Assembly: GCF_009914755.1 (NCBI RefSeq)
Contig: NC_060927.1
Source of the DNA: the human T2T-CHM13v2.0 reference genome, Homo sapiens
Direction: 5' to 3' (one strand)
DNA: 64,000 bases
Shown here: positions 15,879 to 38,457 of the stretch, in pieces
Layout of the letters: every line of letters starts with the position of its first letter
Numbering within the stretch: position 1 is the first letter of the stretch
Made by a program: the position numbers and the translations under genes
The notes under the pieces: model-generated
Seen by the model: the letters and a program-made list of their open reading frames with translations, nothing else
What the model was told of the DNA's origin: nothing
Database searches by the model: none

Positions 15879-16638
15879 GTGTTTTCCCACAGCTCTCAAA
15901 CCCTTTGCAGGAGAGGGAGCATGCAGGCAGACAGGTGCAGGAACCAGAGCAAATGAACGCTGGGACTGTCTGGTTGCTCCTCTCCGGGGAGAACAGGCTT
16001 TGTGCGGGTCCTGAAGCCACGTCCAAGCATGTGACAATGCTCTTTTAGCTCTGCTGTCCAGGAAGGGTTGTCTGTGACCCCTGGAGCCCCAGAGGGTGTG
16101 TGTTACAATCAGTGCTCTTTTAGTAGTTGCCATCAGTTGACGGCTAAGTGGAGGGTCAGGTTGACAGGTTTTACACCCTACCCTCTTAGTACCTGAGTTC
16201 TTGCCCAGGGTTCGGGAAGAATCAGGTCACATGAACGAATTGAAGGGTGGTGAATGTGAAGGACTTTACTGAGCAGTGGAAGTGACTCCAGAGGGAAGGG
16301 GAGCTTGAAAGGGGGTGGAGTGGGAAGATAATCTTCCCCTGGGGTCCCGTTGTCCCCAGCCGAACTCCTCTCTGACCATAGTCTCTAACGTCCAGCTGCT
16401 TCTTCTCCTCTCGATGTCCAGATATTTCTCTCTTCTGTGTGTATGTATGCTCTGAGTCTGGATTTGGGGCTCTTATGGGCACAGGATAGGTGGTGGTAGG
16501 GCTGGCCAAAAGGCAGCATTGCACAGGAAAACAGAACTAGTTCTTACTTTGGGTGGTGGGTCCAGGATTGAGGGTGGAGCCCTCGCCAGGGATCATGCCC
16601 TCTTCTACCCAGCATTTCCTTGCGTCCTGTCCATATCA
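15879..16638 (-). mobile_element. ERV1 LTR (LTR27/LTR28/MER52-related)
   Basis: Minus strand starts TGATATGGACAGGACGCAAGGAAATGCTGGGTAGAAGAGGGC; internal ttcttgcccagggttcgggaagaatcaggtcaca. Left boundary approximate. Confidence 0.75.
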
Positions 16639-17974
16639 TCATCACACAGTTTTAAGGAACTATGGTTAACTTTATTAAATCAGTACTTAACAAAGCACTC
16701 TCAAAAAAACAAAAAAAAAACCCAAAAAACAAAAAACTAGGCTGGTACCTGGCTTACAGGTTTCCTAGCCTTACAGGTAGAGTAAGAAGGTTCACCTACT
16801 GGCAGGCCGAAGAACCTTAGGATATCCACTCAAAAAGACTGCGATTCACTCAAATCTGTAGATGCTACAGATGAAGACTAATGATAAATTCCTGGCTTGG
16901 CTTCATAGCCTCAAGAGGATTTTAAATGTCCAGCCTGAGATTTTTTAAAATAAAAAGTGTCATAAAGCATATCTAAAAAGGCCTATATGGTCAGTTACTA
17001 TTCTTGTTGAACTTACCTAAATAATCAGGCCAAATTTAATGAGAAAAATATTTTATAAGCAATAATAATATTACTTTGATTATCTTTAATCAAAAAGGTT
17101 AACTATAGAGAAAAAATATGTTTTAATGAAATAATATAACATGCCCTTATGGTTATCAGATTATACTTCTACTTATTGCCTTTAAGGTTTTATTATCTAC
17201 CTGTAAATTGAACTGATCCAGCGATTTTACACATTTTTTTCAGGCCTAACCAAATTCTCAATTTTTCTAGTTTCCTTCAATATCTAGTTATAACTCTCCA
17301 AATTGATGTTTCCAATTTTTCTCCCTCCCTCCTGGTTTGGCATCACTGAGAACTAAAACTTGACTGCCCAGATCATTATATAAGGACTCAGTTTGCCTTG
17401 TATCTACCCTTTCCCCAGGATCTGAAAAAGCCCTCTGCACTGAAGCCAGGCAAAGTGATATAAACTTCAAAGAACTCATTGCTACAACAAACCATGTATG
17501 AGCAACCTTTGTTCCAGGAGCTGGACTCCATGGGGCACTCAGAAATATCACAGGAACTCCCACATCTTCCAAACTCTGCTCCAGAAAATAGCTAAACTGT
17601 GAAACATTCAGACTGTAAACTGGGAACTCCATCGGGTGGCTCCTGCTGTCCTCACTCCACCATCTAAAAACACTGAGAGCTCAGTGTCTAGAAATCTCAG
17701 CTCACTGTCTTCTGGACTAAAAAACTGGGTTTATAGTCTGCTCCAAGCATTAATCTTTGTTTTTGTTTCCATAAAGATACCCCTCATTAAATGCCTGATT
17801 GCTTACACCATCCAGCAAATATCCTCTACTACTACGTCTCAGCAGATAATTCAGCTGTTCTTTAATAAACAAAAGGCAATTCTTTCTTCTCTCCTCAACC
17901 TTTATGATGAATTTAGTGTGTATTCTATTAGTTCATTTTACTACATTTTTATGCAGCCTAAAACCTTAAACTCC

Positions 17975-19040
17975 TTATTTTTTAAACAATGTATGTATTA
18001 TACTACACATATCTTTTTGCTGCCATTTATTTTACTTAGATCCATTTTGTAGATCTACCTCCCTGCTGATACATATATATCAATTTCATTCATGGAACTA
18101 CTTTGAATATATATCATATTTTATTTGTCCACTACTGAGAAATCTTCTTTATGAAATCATTATTAACTTAGTTATTAGAGAAATTTTATCAAAATGATAA
18201 GTACTTATGTTTTACTGAAAATGCACTCCAATCCCTTTTTAAACATATCTTACCACCGTATCTTTCTGACAGCCATTTGATGATTGCTGACATATAATGA
18301 TGAAGTCTACTTTCCCCTCTGTACTGAGTATCATGAGGTCTACGTGAATGTCAGAAGGCTTCAATTCCCCTGAAAACTGAAGTAAATTCTTGGAGGTCTT
18401 TTTCAGGAAGTGCTCATATACTGAAGGAAGTCTATGATTTTGATACACTAAGGAACTGAGGTATATAGTGTTTGCTCAGTCTCTGGATAGTAAATATTTC
18501 CCTCCTTCCTTCCTGCAATGAGATATTTAGTAAATAACCAAGTTTTATTTAAAATTTATAAATCCATGGTCCTCTTTGTCTTAACACCATTCTTTGATCA
18601 ATCATTACATTTTCTTAATGCCTTGTGGTTATCAGAGTGATGAATTGAGCATATTTTTATGTCTCTTTGTGCAGAGTTTCAGTGTGAGGAACTGTGTGAA
18701 AGTTTCTACAGGATAAATACTGAGAAGTTGAATTGTTGGGTCATATGGTTTTAGTATTTTCAGTTTTTCCAAATACTGCCAACTTGTTCTCCTAGAGGCT
18801 ATTATAATTTGTTCTACTTCTGTGTGTAAGGGTTTCCTTTTCTCACCATTTTTGCCAACAGTTGGCATTGTCAAGCGCTTAATGTATTTGGTAAAAGTGG
18901 TATGTTCTTGCTGTTTTTATTCATTTGATTTTATTATTTGTGACATTGTTCTCTATTCTGCACCACTGATCTATTTGGCTAGTCTTGTGTAAGTAATACA
19001 CTATTTTAATTACTATAGTTTTATAACAAATATTGTTATC
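17975..19040 (-). mobile_element. Ancient L1ME-like 3' fragments (about 17975-18135 and 18610-19040)
   Basis: Degenerate L1 ORF2 C-terminal similarity (PYDPTIQLLSIYP in ORF 18632-18874). Confidence 0.6.
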
Positions 19041-19670
19041 AGTATAAGCCTATGCTCTATCATGCAATACTGCATAATATAACTGCCTCAATGTCCTACT
19101 TTTTACTTTTACTTAGCTAATTCCAGTATCTTTTTTAATGCTTGTAAGCTTTTGGAAGTCAAGAAATGTTTATTAGGCATCACCTGTATACTGTAATAGG
19201 TTAAATACTGTTGCATATTTCTTAAAAGTACTTAGTACTTGTAATACATCCAGCAAGTTGATGAATGAATAACGTAGCAGGTCTCTGTCAGGGTGAGTGA
19301 TTGGAGACCTCATTAGGCTGTGGAACCTGCAAGGTCCTCTCCTAGCTTTACTGGAGTTCCTGGAAGGAGTGCTGTTAAAGCTGGTCCCTTAGTTCCTACT
19401 TTAGTTTCTGGAACATCATTCCAATGGGTCTTCTCTGCCCCAGAGTCAAGAGAATATTATTTATGGACTAGGGCAGAAAGGAACAATCTCTAAGTGATGC
19501 ATAACATTGGGTATTTGCTGATTGCATCTTGTTTAGTGTACACAATTGAAAATGATGAATTAATAGAAGCATAGAGTGACCTGGATACAAAAAAGAGGAA
19601 TGTGACAATTATCATAACATTATTATTTTATACTTACCTTGCCCGTTTTTATTAGGAGATTTATTCTTTT

Positions 19671-29525
<9,855 letters not shown>

Positions 29526-31079
29526 AGGAGATTTATTCTTTTAGCATTGTCTATTGTTCCTTTTTTTTCCTGCTGAAATGATTTGCCCAAGGATACACTA
29601 ATGAACTAGTAATTCAGTTTTAATAAAATGCGGAACACCTGCCTTTGAGTCCTGACCCCCACAGTTTCTCCACTGCAAATCTGTCTTGGGATGATATAGC
29701 ACGTTTTCAGTAGCTAACTTAAATAATGTTAAATAGCCCTACATTTGACACATTGGTTTTCTGTATCTTCTTATTAATCAGGACAGCCATATGGCACCAC
29801 CAAGACTTTCAGAATACTGCAGAGACTCCATGAGTTAAACCTTGGTAATTCTATAAGTTTAAATATCTGTGCTATATTTTCCTCAAGTCTGTTTTTGGGG
29901 GAGAAGGCATTACTGGCTGGATTTACTTCTTACTTTAGTATCTATTTTTGGAGAGCTGGATGCACTATGTTCTAAATTGATGAAATAGTTCTAGTTTAAA
30001 GAACTTTCTAGTTGTAAGGACTTTTATTAAAAAGAGCAAGGCAGGTATTGCGATCAAATTTTTGTTTCAGCCCTTGTAGTGGTCTCTTGGAAATTGGGGT
30101 ATTTTGTATTATTGAACAAAAATATCACGGAGGGACTCACAGTTAATGAGGTGGAGTCCCTAGTAGTGGAGGAATGGCTTTTACCCAGAAAATGGAAAAA
30201 CAAAGAAAGGATCAAAGAAAGACTTTGAGGAAATATTTTTCTGGATTTTTGAATGGCAGTATGAGGGGGTCAAACAACCACAATTTTCAGAGCTATCCCT
30301 GAAGTCCCTGTCTAAGATGGATTTATAGAGGAATCCCTCTTTTTTTTTTTTTGAGTAACAAAATAGTGTGTATGATGTAACTTGGGGATCATTTTAAACA
30401 AATGCTACAAAAAGACTTTCCAGAAAAATACAATGAAAAAATAGCAACAAGTCATCCTCAGAAATATTACCCAGAGGATGGAGCAATGAAGAAAGGTAGC
30501 TGAGTTCTTCTCACTACATTTTTGTATCCAAAGAGCAGTGAGAAGTTTGAATCACTACTTTGCCTGAAATCATCCCAGACTCACTGTCCCCACTATTTAT
30601 ATCTTGCTGGAGAATAAATAATTTTGCATTCTTATTATGTTCTGGTCAAAAACATTTAAAAAATGAAGGAAAAAAAATCCTCCTGTACCAAGATTTATTC
30701 TTACATAAATAACCTTAATTGCACTAGTAATTCAAGAGTCTTAGGTCTATAAAATTAACTGAATAATTGTGTTAGATTGCTAAACAATTTAAATGTGTTT
30801 GTATATATAAATTTTACAAAGTATGCAAACACTATAATATATGAGGTTAGGTTTTAAGAGGCTGATCAATGTAATTTCTTTTCCAGTATCGACATTCCAA
30901 TAGAACACACTTTATAATGCAAGCCAAGGATCATTTGTGTACAATGCCTCATCATCCCTAAAAGGTTTTTATTTTGAGTTTGCTGGTGTATAAAATGTAT
31001 TGTTTTTTGGAGGAAAAAACAGAAAATTTCTCTTAACAAATATGTTATTCTATGTTTTAATTTTGGTTAGCACTTTAGA

Positions 31080-31270
31080 CTCTATAGCACACTTTAACAT
31101 ACATCATTTTCATAGAATCCTTTCACTGATTCATTAGGGTTTATTTAATCTTTTGTAGAGAAGAAAAGATTGAGACTCAGATAGCTGTGTGTGATTTTCC
31201 CCAAGGTCACATGACTAGGTAGTGGAGGATTCAGGGAGGACGAAAGCCACATGTTTTGGCTCCTGATTTT
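31080..31270 (-). mobile_element. MIR-like SINE
   Basis: attgagactcagatag...ttttccccaaggtcacatgactaggtagtgg core. Confidence 0.6.
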
Positions 31271-31404
31271 TCCATACTGCATTTTTTTTATGGGGGTGGG
31301 GGTGTGTTTTGAAGAATCCCTGTACATTAATTCAGCAGTAAAAGACCTCTCTTTGAAACATTTTTTGCATCTTCTGCATTTCTTTGGGGTGTTAAAGATT
31401 CAGG

Positions 31405-31698
31405 GGCCGGGCGTGGTAGCTCACACTTGTAATCCCAGCACTTTGGGAGGCTGAGGCGGGTGGATCACCTGAGTTCAGGAGTTCGAGACCAGCCTGACCA
31501 ACATGGTGAAACCCTGTCTCTACTAAAAATACAAAAATTAGCTGGGCGTTGTGGCCATTGCCTGTAATCTCAGCTACTTGGGAGGCTGAGGCAGGAGAAT
31601 CGCTTGAACCCGGAAGGCAGAGATTGCAGTGAGCCGGATTTCACCATTGCACTCCAGCCTGGGCAACAGAGCAAGACTCCATCTCAAAAAAAAAAAAA
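31405..31698 (+). mobile_element. Alu (AluSx/Sp-like)
   Basis: Complete dimer ggccgggcgtggtagctcac...gactccatctcaaaa; flanking ttcagg repeated. Confidence 0.96.
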
Positions 31699-34107
31699 TT
31701 TCAGGAGACATCTATTGACTCAGAGCACAGAAGGTAGAGCTTTAAAAGGACTTAATAGATTTTAAGAAATAGAGATTGTCTTTGTGATGAAGAAAACTAC
31801 TTATAATGTAAACAACTAACATTGTTTTTCTCTCTTTAGCTCAGCAAGCGAAATGAAGAGTGGGATTATGTTGCCAAAAAATATGCCTAAAACTCAGCTT
31901 CAGGGTATATAGCAGGGATTTAAGGAGGAATACATTTCAAATCTCAAAATTATGTATCATGTTTGTCACTGTAAACAACTAAAAATACTCAAAAAACCTC
32001 TGTGTTTCTAACACTAAAATCATTATTATTAATACACACTATGTGTACCTTTATATATTTTGTCTTCTTTCATGAAAATGAAACACCCTCATAATTTATT
32101 ATTATCCCTTTGAATAGACTTTCTACTCCTATCTGTTGCTCTACCTCCTCTTTAAGGTCAATAATTCTCAAATTTGTGCTTTTGAGGTTACTTTCCAAAC
32201 CCTGTAGGCATGGTTTATTGTTATTTTATTATTTTTCTTTTGTCTCCTCTGTGTATTTTTAAATAGCCTGTCTTCAAGCTCACTAATTCTTTCTTTTGCA
32301 TTCTTCAGTATGTCAACTGCATTTTTCAGCTCTAGAATTTCTGCTTGATTCTTTTTAATTATTTGAATCTCTTTGTTTAATACATCTGATAGTATTCTGA
32401 ATTTTTTCTCTTTGTTATCTTGAATTTCTTTGAGTTTCCTCAGCACAGCTATTTTGAATTTTCTGTCTGAAAGGTCGTATATCTCTGTTTCTCCAGGAGT
32501 GGTCCCTGATGCCTTGTTTAGTTCATTTGGTGAAGTTATGTTTTCCTGGGTGGTGTTGGTGCTAGTAGATGTTCTTTGGTGTCTGGGCATTGGAAAGCTA
32601 GGTATTTACTGTAGTTTTCACTGTCTGGGCTTATTTGTAGCTGTCCTTCTTGGGAAGGCTCTCTAGATATTTGAAAGGATGTAGGTGTTGTGATCTATGC
32701 TGTATGTGCTGTAGGGGGCACCCCAAGCCTAGTAATGCTGTTGTTCTTGCAGACTCGTAGAGGTACCTCCTTGATGGTCTTGCACAAGATCTGGGAGAAT
32801 TCTCTGGATTACCAGGCAGAAATATTTATTCTCTTCCCTTACTTCCTCCCAAACAAACAGAGTCTCTCCCTCTCTATGTTCTGAGCCAGCTAGAGCTGGG
32901 GATGAGTGACACGAGTATCCCTGTGGCCACCACCACTATGACTGTACTGGGTCAGACCTGAAGCCATCACAGCATTGGGTCTTGCCCAAGTCCTGCTGTA
33001 ACCACTGCTGGATACTTGCCTATATTCTCTCAAGGCCCTGGGGCTCTACAATCAGCAGGTGGCAAATCCATCCAGGCCTCTGTCTTTCCTTTCAGGATGG
33101 CAAGTTCCCCCATTTCCCTGGTGGGTCCAGAGGTACTGTCCAGGAGTCAGGGACTAGAGCCAAAAACCTTAGATGTCTACCCGGTGTTCCACTGTACTGT
33201 GGCTGAGCTGACACTCAAACCACAAGACACAGTACTTCCCACTCTTCCTTCCCCTTTCCAAAGGCAGAGGAGCCTCACCCCATAGCCACCACCACCACAG
33301 GCCACAGGGTGTGCTGCCAGACTACCGATGATGTTTACTGAAGGCCCAAGGGCTCTTAAGTCAGCTTGTGGTGTATGCTGCCTGGCCTGGGACTCACCCT
33401 TCAGGGCAGTGCTCTTCCCTTTGGCCCAGGGAAAGTCCAGAAATGCCATCCGAGAATCAAGTCTTGGAATCAGGGACCCTAAGAGCCCGCTTGGTGCTCT
33501 ACCACCCTATGTCTGAGCTGGTACCTAAGGTGCAAGAAAAAGTCCCATTTGCTTTTCCTTCTGCTTTTCTCAAGCAAAGGAGTTTCATCCCATAGCCACC
33601 ACAGTTAGTAATGTGCTGAGTCTCACCTGAAGCCCGTAAGTCTCAGAGATTTACACAAGGCCCTTGACATAGTACCTGGGTATCACTGCTGATCATTTAG
33701 GGCCCAAGGGCTCTTCAGTTAGCAGCCAATGAATGCTGCCAGGATTGGGTCCTTTCCTTCAAGGCAGAGGATTCTCTTCTGGCCCAGGGTATGTCTAGAA
33801 ATATTATCTGGGAGGGAGGGCCTGGAAGTGGGCCTCACGACTCTGACCAGTGCTTTATCCTGCTGTGGCTGAGCTGGTATCCAAGATGTAAGACAAAGTC
33901 CTCCCTGCTTTTCTTTCTCCTCTCAAGTGGAAGGAAGGGGTCTAGTTTGGAGCTGTAAGCTGTGCAGCCTGGGGTTAGGGGAGGGGTGATGACACACCAC
34001 ACTGCAGCTGCCAGAGGTGAGGAAGGGGTGGCATAAGGAATTCAGGGCCGTTTTTCTATCTCTTTGGTGCCCCTTTGAGGAATATGAAGTAAAACCAGGT
34101 ACTATGA

Positions 34108-34443
<336 letters not shown>

Positions 34444-34449
34444 AAAGTT

Positions 34450-34718
34450 TTTTTGTTTTTTTAGATGTAGTTTTGCTCTATTGTAGCCCAGGCTGGAGTG
34501 TGGGGGCACAATGTTGACTCACTGCAACCTCTGCCTCCCAGATTCAAGTCATTCCCTGTCTCAGCGCCCCATGGTGCCCAGCTAACTTTTTGTATTTTTA
34601 GTAGAGATGGGGTTTCACCATATTGGCCGGGCTGGTCTCGAACTCCTAACCTCAGGTGATCCACCCACCTCAGCCTCCCAAAGTGCTGGGATTACAGGCA
34701 TAAGCCACCGTGCCCCGC
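34450..34718 (-). mobile_element. Alu (AluSx-like, internal deletion)
   Basis: Dimer lacking the gtagctgggattacagg segment of the right arm. Confidence 0.92.
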
Positions 34719-34822
34719 TTTAGATAGTTGTTAACTTGTCCTTGTCAGGGGGAAAATCAGTGGAGCCTTCTACTCCTCCATTTTGCTCTGCCTCTCTCCC
34801 AAAGGAATTTAAGAAGTGATTT

Positions 34823-35455
34823 TGTATTAATTTTCTATTGCTGTGTAACAAATGACCACAAAGTTAAAACCCACCGAGTTATCTCCTGGTTTCTGTAGAT
34901 CACAAATCCCAGTGTGGCATCACTGAATTCTCTGCTCCAGGTCTCATAAGGCTGGAAGTAAGGTGTCAACCAGTACTATGTTCTCATTTGTAGCTTGGGG
35001 GTGCTCTTACAAGCTCATTTAGGTTATGAACAGAATTCAGTTTCTTGTGGTTGTAATAAGACTGAGGTCCTAATTTTCTTGCTGACTGACTGGGAGTTGC
35101 TATTAGCTGTTCGGGGCCATCCTCATGTCCTAATCACATGGCCCCATCCAAAGGCAATTCATGATGTAACTATTTATTTTCTTCCAGGACAGCAGAAGAG
35201 CTCACTGATGCTTCCAGTATCTTTCAAAGGGCTCACCTAATTAGGTCAGTCCCACCCAGAGTAATCTTCCCTTTGATTAACTTAACATCACCTGACTAGG
35301 GGATTTCATTATATCTGCAAAAATCTCTTTTGTCACATAATGCAGTGTAATCCTGGGTATAAAATCTTGTATTCACAGGTTCTGGTGACATTTCAAGATT
35401 ATGCATGATGGGTATTCTAGAGAGCAGGAATTTTATGGGCAATTTAGGAGGCTCT
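34823..35455 (-). mobile_element. MLT1D/E-like MaLR LTR
   Basis: tgtattaattttctattgctgtgtaacaaatgaccacaa...cagaattcagtttcttgtggttgta...tatctgcaaaaatc. Confidence 0.75.
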
Positions 35456-35719
35456 GTGATCCAGATGTCCAGGCTCAAGTATACTCACTAGAAAGGATAT
35501 TACTCTCTATTTTTAGCTCTTATTCTTAAAAAAAAAATGGTTCTAATCTTCTTGTTACAGCATTCTGTGGGCGTTTTTTCTCTTTCCTACCTCTCATCCT
35601 ATGTCAAGTCTGTAGTGATATTCCTTTCCTTCCTTCATTCCAATGTAGAAAATGACAGTCCTGCCCGATCAGCATGTTTTATCCCATCACTAGTGACTTA
35701 TTTAGAGATGAATACATGA

Positions 35720-36100
35720 CAAGACCAAATCAGTTAGAGAGATTTCTGGGAGTTTGGTTTGGTTGGAATTATTGAAAATTAGAAGCTCTCTTTTTTCACT
35801 GGGAGTGTTAGATGTAGGATAAGACAATGCTGGAATTGCCTGGGATACCACATTAGAGACCTTTCTAAGGTCTGGAGAAATCAAAGTCAAGGATGGTGAA
35901 GGAGTCCTGATGACATTGTTGGAGGTCATTCATGTTTGAAGCCAGGTCTACTTGTACTCCTTTCAGTTGTGCAAATCAATATTACAGTAACTACTACTAC
36001 CATTACTACTGCCACCACTACTACCACCACCACCATTATTATTTCTATTATTATTTGGATTAAAATCTGTTTCTATCAAATGAACTCAACAACTCTAAAA
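35720..36100 (+). mobile_element. Ancient MLT1J/K-like LTR fragment containing a (CTA)n/(CCA)n repeat at about 35988-36050
   Basis: gagtcctgatgacattgtt...tgaagccagg...tttcagtt motif; simple repeat seen directly. Confidence 0.45.
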
Positions 36101-36169
36101 TTTTTCCTAAATTTTCTTAGGAAAGTCCAGTGTAAGGATGCTATGTATATGGAGATCCAGAAACAGTAT

Positions 36170-36270
36170 TTTTTTTTTTTTTTGAGACAGAGTCTCGCTC
36201 TGTTGCCTAGGCTGGAGTGCAGTGGTGCAGTCTCGGCTCACTGCAACCTCTGCCTCCTGGGTTCAAGCGA
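36170..36270 (-). mobile_element. 5'-truncated Alu (about 100 bp)
   Basis: Right-arm 3' end with polyT; 13-bp TSD ccagaaacagtat at 36157-36169 and 36271-36283. Confidence 0.93.
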
Positions 36271-36419
36271 CCAGAAACAGTATGTTCAAGAAGCCTCATG
36301 AATTTCAGCTGGAATGACTGAGCACAGCATACTTATTTGGTATGTCTTTTCCCCCTAGAATATTCCCCCCAAATATTCCAAATAAGGAATCATATTTTGT
36401 GAACAACCAAAACCGAAGG

Positions 36420-36980
36420 ATTTATGACAATGTTAAGGTGGGGGTCTGATGACTCTGAAATTTGCAGGGCAGGCTTGCCGGCTGGAAATTCAGGCAGGGT
36501 TTTCATGTGGTAGTTTTGTGGAGAATTCCTTTTATGTCAGGGAACCTCAGTTTTTGCTCATAAGGTTTCCAACTGATTGGATGAGGCCCATGTACATTGT
36601 GGAGATTAATCTTTTTTTCTTAAGGCAGGTGGATCACTTAAGCCCGGGAGTTTGAGAGCAGCTCGGACAACATAGCAAGACCTTGTCACTACAAAAATTA
36701 ACTAATTTTGCCGAGCATCATGAGATGTGCCTGTAGTCCAAGCTACTCAGGAAGCTGAGGTGGGACGATTGCTTAATCCCAGGAAGCTGAGGCTGCAGTG
36801 ACCAAATCGCACCACTGCACTCCAGCCTGGGTGACAGAGTGAGACCTTGTCTCAAATAAATAAATAAATAAATAAACGGAGTATTCTATTAAACAAATAC
36901 CTTCACAGCAACATTTAGACTGGTGTTTGAAGAACTGTGTACTTATAGCTTAGCCAAGTTGATGAAGTTAATCATCACAA
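36420..36980 (-). mobile_element. MLT2D-like ERVL LTR interrupted by an Alu
   Basis: ctgaaatttgcagggcaggc...aactgattggatgaggccc...cttcacagcaacatttagactggtgtttga...ttaatcatcaca. Confidence 0.75.
36622..36876 (+). mobile_element. 5'-truncated AluJ with (TAAA)n tail
   Basis: ggatcacttaagcccgggag...gactgcactccagcctggg-like right arm, ending gagaccttgtctc(aaat)n. Confidence 0.9.
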
Positions 36981-37397
36981 TAGTAAATGAGATACTTAAT
37001 ATTATTTTATCTTTTCTTATCTGTACTTTAAGTAAAACAAGAATGGTTACAAAACTGAGAAGTTTTGATTGTTCTCATTATCTGAAATTATTCATCTCAT
37101 ACTTGCTGAAGATGTCCTAGTATTATTCATGAGAAAACTTTTTCTCTTTTTATCTTCTCTAAGTACATTTTGTTCATCTCTCCAGTAGTAAAGCTGACAG
37201 CTATAGATGAAAGATAATCTGAGATATTACAAAAATCTGAGATACCTTACCTAATTCTGTTAGAGCAGTAAGCCAAAATGATACAGATAGAATCTAGGAA
37301 AATAGTAATGAAGACTCAGTATATTTTTCTAATCCTCATTTTATAGGTGAGGAAATTGAGGCCCAGGAAATTAAATAATTGGTCCGCAGTTATCCAG

Positions 37398-37695
37398 TTT
37401 TTTTTTTTTTTTTTTAGACTGAGCCTCACTCTGTCGCCCAGGCTGGAGTGCAGTGGTGCGATCTCGGCTCACTGCAACCTCGGCTCACTGCAACCTCCGC
37501 CTCCCGGGTTCACGCCATTCTCCTGCCTCAGCCTCCCGAGTAGCTTGGACTACAGGCACCTGCCACTATGTATTTTTAGTAGAGATGGGGTTTCCCCATG
37601 TTAGCCAGGATGGTCTCAATCTCCTGATCTCGTGATCCGCCCACCTCGGCCTCCCAAAGTGCTGGGATTACAGGTGTGAGCCACCGCACCCAGTC
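37398..37695 (-). mobile_element. Alu (AluY/Sc-like) inserted in a MIR remnant
   Basis: Dimer with a 16-nt tandem duplication ctcggctcactgcaac and a shortened linker; MIR core gtgaggaaattgaggccc at about 37347. Confidence 0.93.
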
Positions 37696-38324
37696 ACACA
37701 GTTTTAAGTAATGGAATTGGGGCTAGCATTCAGCTCATTTGACCTCAGCTATATTTTTAAAATATTACATTGTCTCTACAATAAATATTTTCCATTTTTA
37801 CATTCTAATGTATATTTTGTTCCTAACTGATGTTTTTATAGGCTTTGTCTTTTTAGAGATTATTCATGGAAGCTTTTTTAGAAGACAGAGGCCTTAAATT
37901 ATAGTGTAGGTGCCCAAAAATATTTGTTTTGTTGAAGAATACATTTTTGTACAAATACTCCATGTCAGGCCTACTGCTAATAGCTCAGAGACCCTAATTG
38001 GGAGCAGAGTAATAGCAGAGTTGATTGCTCTCACAGCATTCTGTGATTATCTTCATTAGAGTCCTTAATCAAGTCATGGTGCTATTTTCTCTTCAGTCTC
38101 CCTTTTCTCCTACTAAATTATAGGTCTGTGTGCCCCTTAAGAGAACCTTTTCTGTCTTAGAAATCACAATAAAAGCTTTGTGTTTCAGCATTCAGAATCT
38201 GACACTGGTCAGTGCTTAACATGTGGTTATTGAAGAAAAGAAAGAAGAAAGGAAGGGGAGGGTGAATACATATATTTTTCTTAATGAAGAATTGATACCT
38301 AGGTTGTAGGCTAAGCCTGTGAAG

Positions 38325-38457
38325 CAATCACCCTGAGCAAGTTTCTTAATCTCAGCCCTAGTTTCTTCATTTATACAATAGGGATACAAATGCTTATATT
38401 ACTTACATCACTGAGTTGTGATAATAAAACAATGTGAAAGAAAGCACTTTGAAAAGC
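38325..38457 (+). mobile_element. MIR-like SINE
   Basis: ctgagcaagtttcttaatctc...gtttcttcatttatacaataggg. Confidence 0.6.

Noticed and set aside
17288-18052. ORFs of 114 aa (minus) and 138 aa (plus)
   Set aside because: They lie in ERV-internal or L1ME remnants, have non-ATG or weak starts, and show no recognisable domain.
30070-30503. Short plus-strand open frames (ALVVVSWKLG...; MLQKDFPEKY...)
   Set aside because: Under 55 aa, no recognisable homology and weak splice signals.
35936-36301. 121-aa ORF with poly-Thr and hydrophobic stretches
   Set aside because: Produced by a (CTA/CCA)n repeat and a truncated Alu.
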